Positions 1-8,829 of a stretch of 64,000 bases of DNA are shown piece by piece; positions within the stretch are counted from its first letter, which is position 1; every line of letters starts with the position of its first letter. Source of the stretch: Candidatus Daviesbacteria bacterium. Lineage in GTDB: Bacteria; Patescibacteriota; Microgenomatia; Daviesbacterales; UBA10151. The stretch is taken from contig JACOXD010000006.1 in NCBI GenBank assembly GCA_016176465.1, positions 7,878 to 71,877 on the forward strand, given 5' to 3'. The notes below the pieces were generated by a model. That model ran no database searches. It saw only the letters and a program-made list of their open reading frames with translations, and was not told the origin of the DNA. The translations under genes and the position numbers were made by a program.

Positions 1-11
1 TAGAAACTGCG

Positions 12-1019
12 ATGGGTGAAAGAGGATTAGTCTTTGTACGCAATGGCAGATCAGAAACTCCTATTACAGATCATTTAGATTCATTCGGAAGCGAACCCGT
101 AATATTTGGTAGAAGGCAATCTATAGAGCCTCAACACCCAAGAGAAGGGTTAGTTTTTATGAGTGACACACGTAGACTAATTGTTTATCCAAATCCTCAC
201 GCAGTTATTGGTGCCTCTGCACTACCAGGCGGCGAAGGGTTTATTATTCAAAGCCGAGAAGAAGCTGGAGTAATAACTTTAGCCACATTAGATCCCTATC
301 GCTTAACCCCTCTTTATACCTCTTTACAGACTATGCGCGATAGGAGGTTTGGACCTGTAGTTACCAGCTTTAGACAAACTGATACAGGAGCTTTTGCCAA
401 CATGCCCGGAGTGTATGAAGCTTATGGTCCAGCAGTTGATCCTGGACAAGATTACCAATTAGCTAGCGAATTTAGGTTCATAACACGACACATGGTTAGA
501 ACAGACACCAAAGATTCTTTTGAAAGAGCTTTCCCCGTACATGTACCTGAAGACTTAAGTTATTCTAAAATCCTAACAGATTTTGTTAAACCTAATGAGA
601 TTTATGTTCTTTGGTTAGCCAGTTCAGTTGAGGATAGAAATGGCAATAAAATATCTACTATTTTAGAACTAGATCCCCCTAGAAATCATCTTTGGAGACG
701 TTTTGGTCTAAATCAAGAATTAGAAATAAATAATCCAACTATAAAATCCGCGACAAGATATGGGGAATCTGTTTACCTTTTAGTTGATTCCAAGGACTTG
801 GAAGATCAAGAGAGATCTCTCATTATTAAAGTATCTACTACACAACCTCAAAACCAAGAATTAGTAGACACTGATGGTTGTGGAGGAGAGGTAATTAAAA
901 AACTAGAGATCATAGATTATGATGGTAAGCCTGGATTTGTCGCAATAACAGCTAATAGAGTTTATTCTAAAATACAAAATAGACCTCAATCAGACTGGAA
1001 AACTGCACAACTAGTTTAA
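12..1019 (+). CDS. hypothetical protein; may start upstream of the window
   Basis: 335-aa ORF with no stop in frame back to the window edge. No recognisable motifs. Confidence 0.4.
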   Translation: MGERGLVFVRNGRSETPITDHLDSFGSEPVIFGRRQSIEPQHPREGLVFMSDTRRLIVYPNPHAVIGASALPGGEGFIIQSREEAGVITLATLDPYRLTPLYTSLQTMRDRRFGPVVTSFRQTDTGAFANMPGVYEAYGPAVDPGQDYQLASEFRFITRHMVRTDTKDSFERAFPVHVPEDLSYSKILTDFVKPNEIYVLWLASSVEDRNGNKISTILELDPPRNHLWRRFGLNQELEINNPTIKSATRYGESVYLLVDSKDLEDQERSLIIKVSTTQPQNQELVDTDGCGGEVIKKLEIIDYDGKPGFVAITANRVYSKIQNRPQSDWKTAQLV

Positions 1020-1043
1020 TAACACCCTCAGGGTGATTTAGCT

Positions 1044-3278
1044 TTACACCTTTTCTTCTTTAGGCTTTGTCCATGAAGCATATTTACAATTTGGGTAATT
1101 TTTACATCCATAAAAAACTCTTCCTTTTTTAGTTCTTCTAACTACTATCTCTCCCCCATCTTGGGGGCATTTAGCATTTATTTTTATATCCAGACTTCCT
1201 GTATATTTACACTCAGGGAAGCCTGAGCAAGCTAAAAACTTACCAAACCTGCCTATTCTAATTACTAAATTTTTGCCACAATTAGGACATTTTTCATCTG
1301 TCATTTCTAGCTCTAATTTAACTTTTCCTGCTTTTTCTTCTGTTTTTTCTAATTTTTCTTCAAAAGGAGTGTAAAAATTTTTTAAAGTTTCTTTCCAGGG
1401 TCTCTCACCCCTTGAGATCTCATCCAATTGATCCTCCATATTAGCCGTAAATTTATAATCAAAAACATCTGGAAAATATTTAATTAAAAAATCCACTACA
1501 GCTATCCCTAAAGGTGTTGGGAATAATTTTCTTTCTTTTCTTTCTATGTAGTAGCGCTCTGTTATTGTGGCTAAAATTGGGGCATAAGTAGAAGGTCTAC
1601 CTATCCCCAGCTCTTCCAGTTTTTTAATTAAAGATGCTTCAGTATACCTGGGAGGAGGTTCAGTAAAGTGTTGAGAAGGCAACACCTGAACCATATTTAA
1701 ATCTTCCCCCTCACTAAGTTTTGGCAAAATCTGCTTTCTTTCATCTTTATCCTGAGCGTCCGCAGTGAGCGAAGCCGAACTGGAGTCGAAGGACTCTTCC
1801 TCAACTTGTTTTACCCCATATACACCCAACCATCCATCAAACTTTAAAACAGAGCCAGTTGCTCTAAGAAGATATTTATTCTTTGGGGGTCCTGCCAGCT
1901 CGGTATCTCGTCGTACCTCCTCATCTTGTAACAACTGCGCTGCGGGGGTGCGCCGAGACCTCTCCTCCCTGTCACCCTCCAAAGAGGTAACTACATCCAC
2001 AGTAGTCTGATCTAAAACAGCCTCATTCATTTGAGAAGCAAGCGTCCTTTTCCAAATTAGATCATAAAGTCTGCCATGATCCCTTGTCAGACCATTCTGA
2101 ATTCCGACATCCGACATCCGATATCCGATCTTGGTTGGCCTAATAGCCTCATGAGCCTCCTGGGCATTTTTTGATTTGGATTTATAAAATTTAGGCTGAT
2201 GGGGTAAATAAGCTTTGCTAAAATTTGAGGAGATATAAGCTCTAATAGCTGATAGCGCTGATTGAGCTAAATTAAAAGAATCAGTTCTCATATAAGTGAT
2301 TAACCCTTGCTCATAAAGGTTTTGCGATAACATCATAGTTTTTTTTGCTGTAAAGCCAAGTTTGTTCCCAGCATTTTGAACTAAAGTAGAAGTGATAAAA
2401 GGAGGGGAGGGGTAGCGTTTAACTTGCTTTTGCGTTATTTTAGAGATCTGATAACTAGCTTCTTTTAGATCAGCTACAATTTTATCTGCTTCTTTTTTGT
2501 CTTTTACATCTGCCTTTTTACCATTTACCTCAATCAGTTTGACAAAAAAGTTTTGCTTTTCAGTATTTTCCAATTCTACTTCTATAACCCAGTATTCTTG
2601 TGGTTTAAACTTCTCAATTTCTCTTTCTTTTTCTACTATTAACCTTAAAGCAACAGATTGAACTCTACCTGCAGATAATCCTCTTTTTATTTTTTGCCAA
2701 AGTAGGGGGGAGAGTTTATAACCTACCAGCCTATCTAAAACTCTCCTAGCTTGTTGAGCATCTACCAATTTTATGTCTATATCTCTTGGGTTTTTAAATG
2801 CATCATCTATAGCTTCTTTAGTAATCTCATGAAAAACGACCCTTTTTATTTGGACAGATTTGGACAAATTCTTTTCTGTTCTATCACCTCCTACTGCCAA
2901 ATCGTCCAATCGAACTTCTCTCTGATCTTGTCCACTTTTAACTTTTAACCTCGGGCCCCCGGATGGGAGTTTAACTTCAGGATTACTCAGTAATTCTGCT
3001 GTGTGCCAAGCAATAGCTTCACCTTCCCTATCAGGGTCTGTGGCTAACCATATTTGTTTAGCTCCCTTTGCTATCTTTTTAAGCTCATTTACCCTTTTTC
3101 TTTTATCTCTGGGAATAATATATTTAGGTTCAAAGTTAGCCTCTATATCTATTCCTAATTCAGCCTTAGGTAAATCCCTAATGTGGCCCATTGAGGCTTC
3201 AATTTGGTAACTATTTCCTAGAAACCTCGCTAGAGTGCGTGCCTTGGTAGGGCTCTCTACTATTACAAGATTATTCAT
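1044..3278 (-). CDS. topA: DNA topoisomerase I
   Basis: N-terminal Toprim segment MNNLVIVESPTKARTLARFLG. Conserved QHFTEPPPRYTEASLIKKLEELGIGRPSTY. C-terminal Cys4 zinc ribbons (CPNCGK...CSGFPEC, CPQDGG...CKNYPNC). Confidence 0.9.
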   Translation of the reverse strand: MNNLVIVESPTKARTLARFLGNSYQIEASMGHIRDLPKAELGIDIEANFEPKYIIPRDKRKRVNELKKIAKGAKQIWLATDPDREGEAIAWHTAELLSNPEVKLPSGGPRLKVKSGQDQREVRLDDLAVGGDRTEKNLSKSVQIKRVVFHEITKEAIDDAFKNPRDIDIKLVDAQQARRVLDRLVGYKLSPLLWQKIKRGLSAGRVQSVALRLIVEKEREIEKFKPQEYWVIEVELENTEKQNFFVKLIEVNGKKADVKDKKEADKIVADLKEASYQISKITQKQVKRYPSPPFITSTLVQNAGNKLGFTAKKTMMLSQNLYEQGLITYMRTDSFNLAQSALSAIRAYISSNFSKAYLPHQPKFYKSKSKNAQEAHEAIRPTKIGYRMSDVGIQNGLTRDHGRLYDLIWKRTLASQMNEAVLDQTTVDVVTSLEGDREERSRRTPAAQLLQDEEVRRDTELAGPPKNKYLLRATGSVLKFDGWLGVYGVKQVEEESFDSSSASLTADAQDKDERKQILPKLSEGEDLNMVQVLPSQHFTEPPPRYTEASLIKKLEELGIGRPSTYAPILATITERYYIERKERKLFPTPLGIAVVDFLIKYFPDVFDYKFTANMEDQLDEISRGERPWKETLKNFYTPFEEKLEKTEEKAGKVKLELEMTDEKCPNCGKNLVIRIGRFGKFLACSGFPECKYTGSLDIKINAKCPQDGGEIVVRRTKKGRVFYGCKNYPNCKYASWTKPKEEKV
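1741..1995. repeat. two GC-rich in-frame insertions in topA resembling the palindromic MITE-like element family
   Basis: nt 1741-1810 (atcctgagcg...cgaagcc...ggagtcgaaggac) matches copies at 35.7 and 50.2 kb. The segment 1900-1995 is GC-rich. In the protein these flank the native FRLKARGRILRFDGW-equivalent segment and add about 20 and 33 residues relative to E. coli TopA. Confidence 0.45.
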
Positions 3279-3348
3279 ATTTTTAACTTTCCAGTAAGTT
3301 TACCTTACTTGTCAAGTATTCTAATTATTTGACATCTTATTCTATATT

Positions 3349-3390
3349 CTATTCCACCTGGGAGGTGGATTAGCTAGACACCTAGGGAAT
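3349..3390. repeat. hairpin repeat unit, copy 1 (ccacctgggaggtgg + attagctagacacctaggg)
   Basis: Perfect 5-bp stem hairpin followed by an agctagacac motif. Related to the copy at 3932-3995 in inverted and partly direct orientation. Confidence 0.5.
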
Positions 3391-3411
3391 TTCTGTTAAG
3401 TTTTAGAAGAA

Positions 3412-3642
3412 TTATTTTGGTGGTCTGATGCTATCAAGTTGCTTTTGGTATGCTTCACTTGTCTGATCTCTAAAAAATCGAAAAACAGTAGCTGCTCCTG
3501 CCACTACAACCATGGATAAACTCCCCCAAGTAGGTATTGCCTCCACGGACATAGATCTCGTACTTCCTGGAGAAGTTGCTTCCATAGCAGTTGTTAAAGC
3601 AATTGTTAATAATGGTCCACCAATAATAAAAGTTCTCATCAT
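3412..3642 (-). CDS. small hypothetical protein with 2 predicted TM helices
   Basis: 76-aa ORF in a segment bounded by inverted hairpin repeats. Weak call. Confidence 0.2.
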   Translation of the reverse strand: MMRTFIIGGPLLTIALTTAMEATSPGSTRSMSVEAIPTWGSLSMVVVAGAATVFRFFRDQTSEAYQKQLDSIRPPK

Positions 3643-3931
3643 CCTTTCCTTCGTTCTGGCATCGACTATTTGTGTCTCTAAATTTCGTATTTGTTCCTCT
3701 TACTTAATTTTTTCCCTAAGTTCGTGTATCGCAGGAGAATGGTTAGGCAGTAACCTCCTCCCGCCAAGACCTATAACAACATTCCCGCCTAATCTGAACC
3801 TTCTTGCTGCAAACCTTTCTTGAATTCCTGCTTGATGTCCTTCAAGACTTCCTTCACCCCATCGCATAATAAAGTATTATAAGGGTAAATATTTACCAAA
3901 ATCAATTTTCATAGTAAAAGGAGAGGTGCAA

Positions 3932-3995
3932 AGCTAATCCACCTTTCAGGTGGATTATATAAGGCACCTATCGGGTATGAAATAGCTAGACACAT
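3932..3995. repeat. hairpin repeat unit, copy 2 (agctaatccacctttcaggtggatt ... atagctagacacatgagg)
   Basis: 8-bp perfect stem. Shares agctaatccacctNNcaggtgg and agctagacac with copy 1. Confidence 0.5.
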
Positions 3996-4011
3996 GAGGA
4001 GTGGATTTTAG

Positions 4012-4347
4012 TTAACCAGTTAGGGAAAGACCATTCCCATTTAGTAAGGTTGGCGGACGCTGACAGTTTTTAATAATCTTAACCCACGAATTTAAGGAAT
4101 CGTTAAATTTATACTTGTCAAATTGTCTTGATCTAATATAACCTAGCGTAAATCCTACCGGTGCTAAGATACTAAGCGTAAGTCCAAAAACTCTTCCTAA
4201 AAATGTTGGATTTACCTCCGGACCTGCCATCAAAATTGCCCAAGTCGTTGCAGCTGCTACACCACCAACGCTCAGATCGATTAATAAAGATCTAAGTGCC
4301 CTATCAACTTCAGATTTTGAAACAGGGATTTCTCTCTCTGTAGCCAT
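4012..4347 (-). CDS. hypothetical membrane protein
   Basis: 111 aa with hydrophobic central helices. Abuts the upstream ORF. Confidence 0.4.
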   Translation of the reverse strand: MATEREIPVSKSEVDRALRSLLIDLSVGGVAAATTWAILMAGPEVNPTFLGRVFGLTLSILAPVGFTLGYIRSRQFDKYKFNDSLNSWVKIIKNCQRPPTLLNGNGLSLTG

Positions 4348-4746
4348 TTATTTTAAAAGAAGCTTGCGTGTTGCTAGTAGCCCTGCCCCTAAGAAAAGAT
4401 AAAACGCTGCTTGAGAGATATCATTTATTTTGGCATTTTCCCTTTCCCTTTTTACAACTCTAAGACAAGACTCTTGATCTTTCTTTTGCTGTTCTTTTTG
4501 GAATTCCTCGGATGGAACTTGATCAGTAGCTGGGTAATAAGCACTGTAGGGTATCTGGCAATCTTCCTCTCTTTGACCATAATATGGTGGGATACCTGAA
4601 ATATTTAGAGGCACAACAGCACTACCTGTAGGATATTGGGTAAATAGGGTAAAATTAGCTGCTGTTTTTAATGCAGCAAACAGTCCAATTAGAAACAAAA
4701 CTGTACCTACAAATAAAAACCAATTTGAGACACTATCTTTCATCAC
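4348..4746 (-). CDS. hypothetical membrane protein
   Basis: 132 aa with N- and C-terminal hydrophobic helices. Confidence 0.4.
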   Translation of the reverse strand: MMKDSVSNWFLFVGTVLFLIGLFAALKTAANFTLFTQYPTGSAVVPLNISGIPPYYGQREEDCQIPYSAYYPATDQVPSEEFQKEQQKKDQESCLRVVKRERENAKINDISQAAFYLFLGAGLLATRKLLLK

Positions 4747-4767
4747 TTATTAAAAAATATAGCGCAA

Positions 4768-7278
4768 TTAACTAAGCATGTCTACACCCACCTCAATATT
4801 TTCTCCTTTAGCAATCTGATTATTTAAAATCATCATAGCTAATCTAGCTTCTAAGGTATCTTGGATTAATCTTCTTAAGGGTCTTGCCCCCAATACAGGA
4901 TCAAATCCTTTTATAGCTAATTGCTTAACTAATCCCTCTTCAAAGCTGATTAAATATCCTTGATCTTTCATTAAAGAAGCTAGTGATTTAAGTTTAAGAT
5001 CAACAATTTTTGTTAAGTCTTCAGCAGATAAAGGTTTAAAAATCACAACAGAGTCAAATCTATTAACTAACTCTGGCTTAAAAATATTTAATAACTCCTC
5101 CTTTACGCCTTCTTCCAAATCAGCCAGGCTCGCTCCTTTGGCTAACCCATTAGCAATAGTTAAAGAAGCCGCATTTGATGTAGCAATAATAATAGAATTG
5201 GTAAAATCTATTTCCCTTCCAGAACCATCTGTTAAATGTCCATCATCTAAAACCTGTAAGAATAAATTTAGGATATTTTTATTGGCCTTCTCAAACTCAT
5301 CTAAAAGTAATAAGACATAAGGCTTGTTTCTTATTTGATCTGTTAAAACTCCAGGGTTTTCTTGGGTACCAATTAACCTATTTAGAGAATCTTCGTTTTG
5401 GTATTCACTCATATCAAAGCGTAGATAAGCTCCTCTATCCTTAAAATAGATCTCAGCTAGTGTTTTAGCTAATTCTGTTTTCCCAACCCCTGTTGGGCCA
5501 ACAAATAAAAATGAACCTATTGGCCGATTTTCTTCCCGCAAAGCTGCTGCAGCTCTTCTTAGGGTATCTGCTACTGCTTTAACAGCTTCTTCTTGGTCAA
5601 TCAATTTTTCATGGATTAAGTTTTCTAAATTTAATAATCTATCTCTTTGAGTACTACCAACAGCCTCTAGTGGGACATTTATTCTTTCTGATAAAACTTT
5701 TTTAACTTCATAAGTTGTAATTTTGCCATCTTTTTCTAGTGCTTCTGCCTCATTTAAAATTGCTAGCGCACTATCAGGCAAAACTCGATCGTGAATCAGC
5801 TTAAATGAGAGTTCCACCATTTCTTTTATTGCCAGATAATTTACTTTAATTTTTTTATCCTTCTCTAAATTAATGGCGTATGTTTGGAGAACCTTTATAG
5901 TATCATCCTTACTTGCTGGTGGAACTTCTACTCTGGTAAATAGCCTAACTAGTGCAGAATTTTTTTCTAGAATCTTGGAATAACTCTCTGATTGGGTTGA
6001 ACCAATAAATTGAAACTCGCTTGATTCTAAATGGGGAAGCATCAATGAAAATAAATTAAACTCAACTCCGACCTCGCCAATTCCTAGGTTTGATATCTCA
6101 TCTACATAAATAATAATATCATCGGCAAACCTTACTTCTTCAAAAATGTTTTTAATTTTCTCTGCCAAAGATCCTTGAGTTGATACTCCAGACATTAGTT
6201 TACCCAAATCCAGCCTAACTAATCTTTTTGTAGCCAAACTGGGAGGTGCATCCCCTGTGACAATTTTTTTGGCTAAATAATTTACCAAAGTAGTTTTTCC
6301 TGCACCTGGAGGCCCTACTAAAATTACATTTTTATCTTTTTCTTGAGACAAAATATTAACAACCTCAGATAAGACTTCCTCCCTACCTATAAAATCTGGG
6401 AATCCTTTGGTAGCAGCCATTTTGGTTAAATCTTCTGAAGCAGAATCTAGTGAGGGGGTTGGAACACCCAGCCAACCCCTATTTACCCCTTTTAAATGTT
6501 TGACGCTAAATTTATTATCCCAAATATAAACAGCTTGCCATGTATTTTTTTTAAGTTGCAAGTAACTTATGGTGTTTTCAAAATCAGCAAGATTTAAGTT
6601 TAACTTTAAAAGCTCCTTATCAATTAAGGGGATTGATTTAAGCATTGCCAGAAAAAAGTAACCTTGATCGAGCGACTTTGCATTATTTTTTTTAGCCAAA
6701 GATAGAACTTCCTTATATATAGCATCTGTTATAGGGATATTGAAATTTTCAAAATTGGTTTTATCTATTTCTAAGTTATTTAATATTTCTTGAACCGCTT
6801 TTGACTCTAAGATTTTTTTCCAAGTTAAATCTATTTTTTCAAGTTTTGTAGCATCTAATATTTCATCGGGTTTTTTTATTTCAGCCAAACTTTTTCTTGG
6901 TAAAATCATTACTCTTAATGCAAACAATCCCAATCCTAAAATAAATATAACTTTAAGCATTAAACTTAAAAAAATAGGATTTGGGATAAAAATTAATATT
7001 GGCAGTGCAAACCAAATTAATGCTATAGTTAAAATTGCCAAAGTGGCAAACACAAAGGCTATTAAACCAATCAAGATTCTAAAAAGCCTAAAAATTACAC
7101 TTAATACTCTGCCAACAATTGATGAGTCATGGAAAAGGGGTACAAAAAGCAACCTGGCCATTAAAAAAACTGCTAAATCCTCCTCCAGTAAGGCTATAGT
7201 ATTGGACCAAATCATCATAAATGTAAAAAAAGAAGAAGGATACCAAAACTTAACTATTCTTACGGGCAACTCAAACAT
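4768..7278 (-). CDS. ClpC/ClpB-family AAA+ chaperone ATPase with N-terminal transmembrane extension
   Basis: Two Walker A motifs (LVGPPGAGKTTLV and FVGPTGVGKTELAK). Clp C-terminal GARPLRRLIQ. About 130 N-terminal residues are strongly hydrophobic (3-4 predicted TM helices). Confidence 0.85.
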   Translation of the reverse strand: MFELPVRIVKFWYPSSFFTFMMIWSNTIALLEEDLAVFLMARLLFVPLFHDSSIVGRVLSVIFRLFRILIGLIAFVFATLAILTIALIWFALPILIFIPNPIFLSLMLKVIFILGLGLFALRVMILPRKSLAEIKKPDEILDATKLEKIDLTWKKILESKAVQEILNNLEIDKTNFENFNIPITDAIYKEVLSLAKKNNAKSLDQGYFFLAMLKSIPLIDKELLKLNLNLADFENTISYLQLKKNTWQAVYIWDNKFSVKHLKGVNRGWLGVPTPSLDSASEDLTKMAATKGFPDFIGREEVLSEVVNILSQEKDKNVILVGPPGAGKTTLVNYLAKKIVTGDAPPSLATKRLVRLDLGKLMSGVSTQGSLAEKIKNIFEEVRFADDIIIYVDEISNLGIGEVGVEFNLFSLMLPHLESSEFQFIGSTQSESYSKILEKNSALVRLFTRVEVPPASKDDTIKVLQTYAINLEKDKKIKVNYLAIKEMVELSFKLIHDRVLPDSALAILNEAEALEKDGKITTYEVKKVLSERINVPLEAVGSTQRDRLLNLENLIHEKLIDQEEAVKAVADTLRRAAAALREENRPIGSFLFVGPTGVGKTELAKTLAEIYFKDRGAYLRFDMSEYQNEDSLNRLIGTQENPGVLTDQIRNKPYVLLLLDEFEKANKNILNLFLQVLDDGHLTDGSGREIDFTNSIIIATSNAASLTIANGLAKGASLADLEEGVKEELLNIFKPELVNRFDSVVIFKPLSAEDLTKIVDLKLKSLASLMKDQGYLISFEEGLVKQLAIKGFDPVLGARPLRRLIQDTLEARLAMMILNNQIAKGENIEVGVDMLS

Positions 7279-7285
7279 AGATAAT

Positions 7286-7645
7286 TTAACGCACTCTGAT
7301 AACTGCCCCTTCTGTATCTATCTCTACAAAATGTTTAGAGCTTCCTTGAAGATAAGATGGGCATTGATTTTCAGGCAGATTATCGACGCTAGAGCGGGGT
7401 TTGTGTACTATGTCCGCAACCCAACCTGGGATTAAAGCATCAGAAAGACAAGGACCTCCTGTTAAATCCATATTATTCCTTTTGCTTTCTCTAAAAAGTA
7501 CTAACGCCTGATTCACAGCTCGATCAGCTTCTTGGGAAAGCCCACTTTGGTAGCCTCTTTGCTCCTTATTAAACCAAAAAATAGCCAATCCTTCTAAGGA
7601 GATAACTGCCAATACTAAAATAAATAATTTTAATCTAAAATCCAT
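7286..7645 (-). CDS. small secreted/membrane-anchored hypothetical protein
   Basis: 119 aa with N-terminal signal-anchor MDFRLKLFILVLAVISLEGLAIFWF. Confidence 0.4.
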   Translation of the reverse strand: MDFRLKLFILVLAVISLEGLAIFWFNKEQRGYQSGLSQEADRAVNQALVLFRESKRNNMDLTGGPCLSDALIPGWVADIVHKPRSSVDNLPENQCPSYLQGSSKHFVEIDTEGAVIRVR

Positions 7646-7679
7646 ATACTTAATTTAATCATTTTTTAGTAACTAGAAT

Positions 7680-8759
7680 CTAGAGTCTAGAATAAACTCC
7701 TCCACCTAAATTTCTGACAATTCCTTGAATTTCCATTTTCATCAAACTGGAGCTTATATTTGCCGCTGATTGTTTAAGCAATCGGCAAAGTTCATCAATA
7801 TGTTTGGTTTCATTTTCTAATAAATTATAAATTTGCATTTCTAATCCAGTAAGGTTTGGTTTTATCTGCTCTTTACTTGAGTTAATATTATCAACTCCAA
7901 GTTCCTCCAAAATATCCTTTGTTTCGTAAACTAACTTGGCCCCTTCTTTAATTAGTTTAGCAGGCCCAATAGATAACTTAGAGGTAATAGGTCCGGGCAC
8001 TGCAAAAACCTCTCTGCCATATTCAATTGCCAAATGAGCAGTAATCAAAGAACCTGAATCTCCTGAAGCTTCAGTCACTAAAACTGCAAGAGATAATCCG
8101 GCAATAATTCTATTTCTGGATGGGAAATTTCCAGGTAGTGGGGGGTATTTGGGAGGAAATTCACTCAAAATTATCCCATTATTTTCAATAATTTCTAAAG
8201 CTAGTTTGCTATTTTCAGAAGGGAAAATATAGTCAATGCCTGAACCTAAAATTGCAACAGTTTTTCCTTTATTAAAAACAGTAGTTTTATGAGCGAGTGT
8301 GTCTACTCCTTTTGCTAAACCTGAAACAATACTAAAACCCGCCTCAACTAATTCCCTGGTAAACTTTTCTGTAACTAATTTTCCATAAGAACTCACTTTT
8401 CTTGTACCAACCACAGCAATAGTTTTCTCCTCATCAAAAATAAAATTTCCCTTGTAGTATAAAACGATTGGCGGATCATAAATTTGTTTTAAAAGTTTAG
8501 GATAATTTTCATCAAAAATAGTTAAAATTTTTATATCTTTTTCAATAACTTTCTCTAGAAATTGCTCCGGTATTAAACTTTTTCGTGTATCTTCTAAATT
8601 AGCAATAACAATATCAGGAATACTCAAAGCTTTTAATTCATGAAGAGTTGCCAACCAAGCCAGTTTTGGATCTTCAAAATGATCCAAAACTTTCTTTAGT
8701 CTAATTGGACCCAGTCCATCTATAGAATGTAGCGCTAAAAGATAAGCTAAATTTTTCAT
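7680..8759 (-). CDS. dprA: DNA processing protein DprA (Smf)
   Basis: Rossmann-like core GLAKGVDTLAHKTTV...AVPGPITS. Confidence 0.85.
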   Translation of the reverse strand: MKNLAYLLALHSIDGLGPIRLKKVLDHFEDPKLAWLATLHELKALSIPDIVIANLEDTRKSLIPEQFLEKVIEKDIKILTIFDENYPKLLKQIYDPPIVLYYKGNFIFDEEKTIAVVGTRKVSSYGKLVTEKFTRELVEAGFSIVSGLAKGVDTLAHKTTVFNKGKTVAILGSGIDYIFPSENSKLALEIIENNGIILSEFPPKYPPLPGNFPSRNRIIAGLSLAVLVTEASGDSGSLITAHLAIEYGREVFAVPGPITSKLSIGPAKLIKEGAKLVYETKDILEELGVDNINSSKEQIKPNLTGLEMQIYNLLENETKHIDELCRLLKQSAANISSSLMKMEIQGIVRNLGGGVYSRL

Positions 8760-8829
8760 TTGGATTTTCCAAGATCAATTTAGTATTATTCTTATACCAT
8801 TTCAAGTATGAATAATAAAAAAATTAAGA

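Noticed and set aside
1765-2010. 81-aa + strand ORF antisense to topA
   Set aside because: It lies entirely inside topA on the opposite strand. Its open frame is explained by the GC-rich element-derived insert, so it is not an independent gene.
2095-2130. Tandem heptamer (acatccg x3-4) inside topA
   Set aside because: It is a short in-frame coding repeat (…MSDVGIQ…) of 3-4 units, too small to call a distinct feature.
2751-3210. ORFs 2751..2948 and 3001..3210 (+ strand)
   Set aside because: They are antisense to topA, with AT-rich low-complexity translations typical of spurious ORFs.
3512-3823. 103-aa + strand ORF in the hairpin-bounded segment
   Set aside because: It overlaps the opposite-strand 76-aa ORF and has a low-complexity translation. 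It is kept only as part of the segment-level observation.
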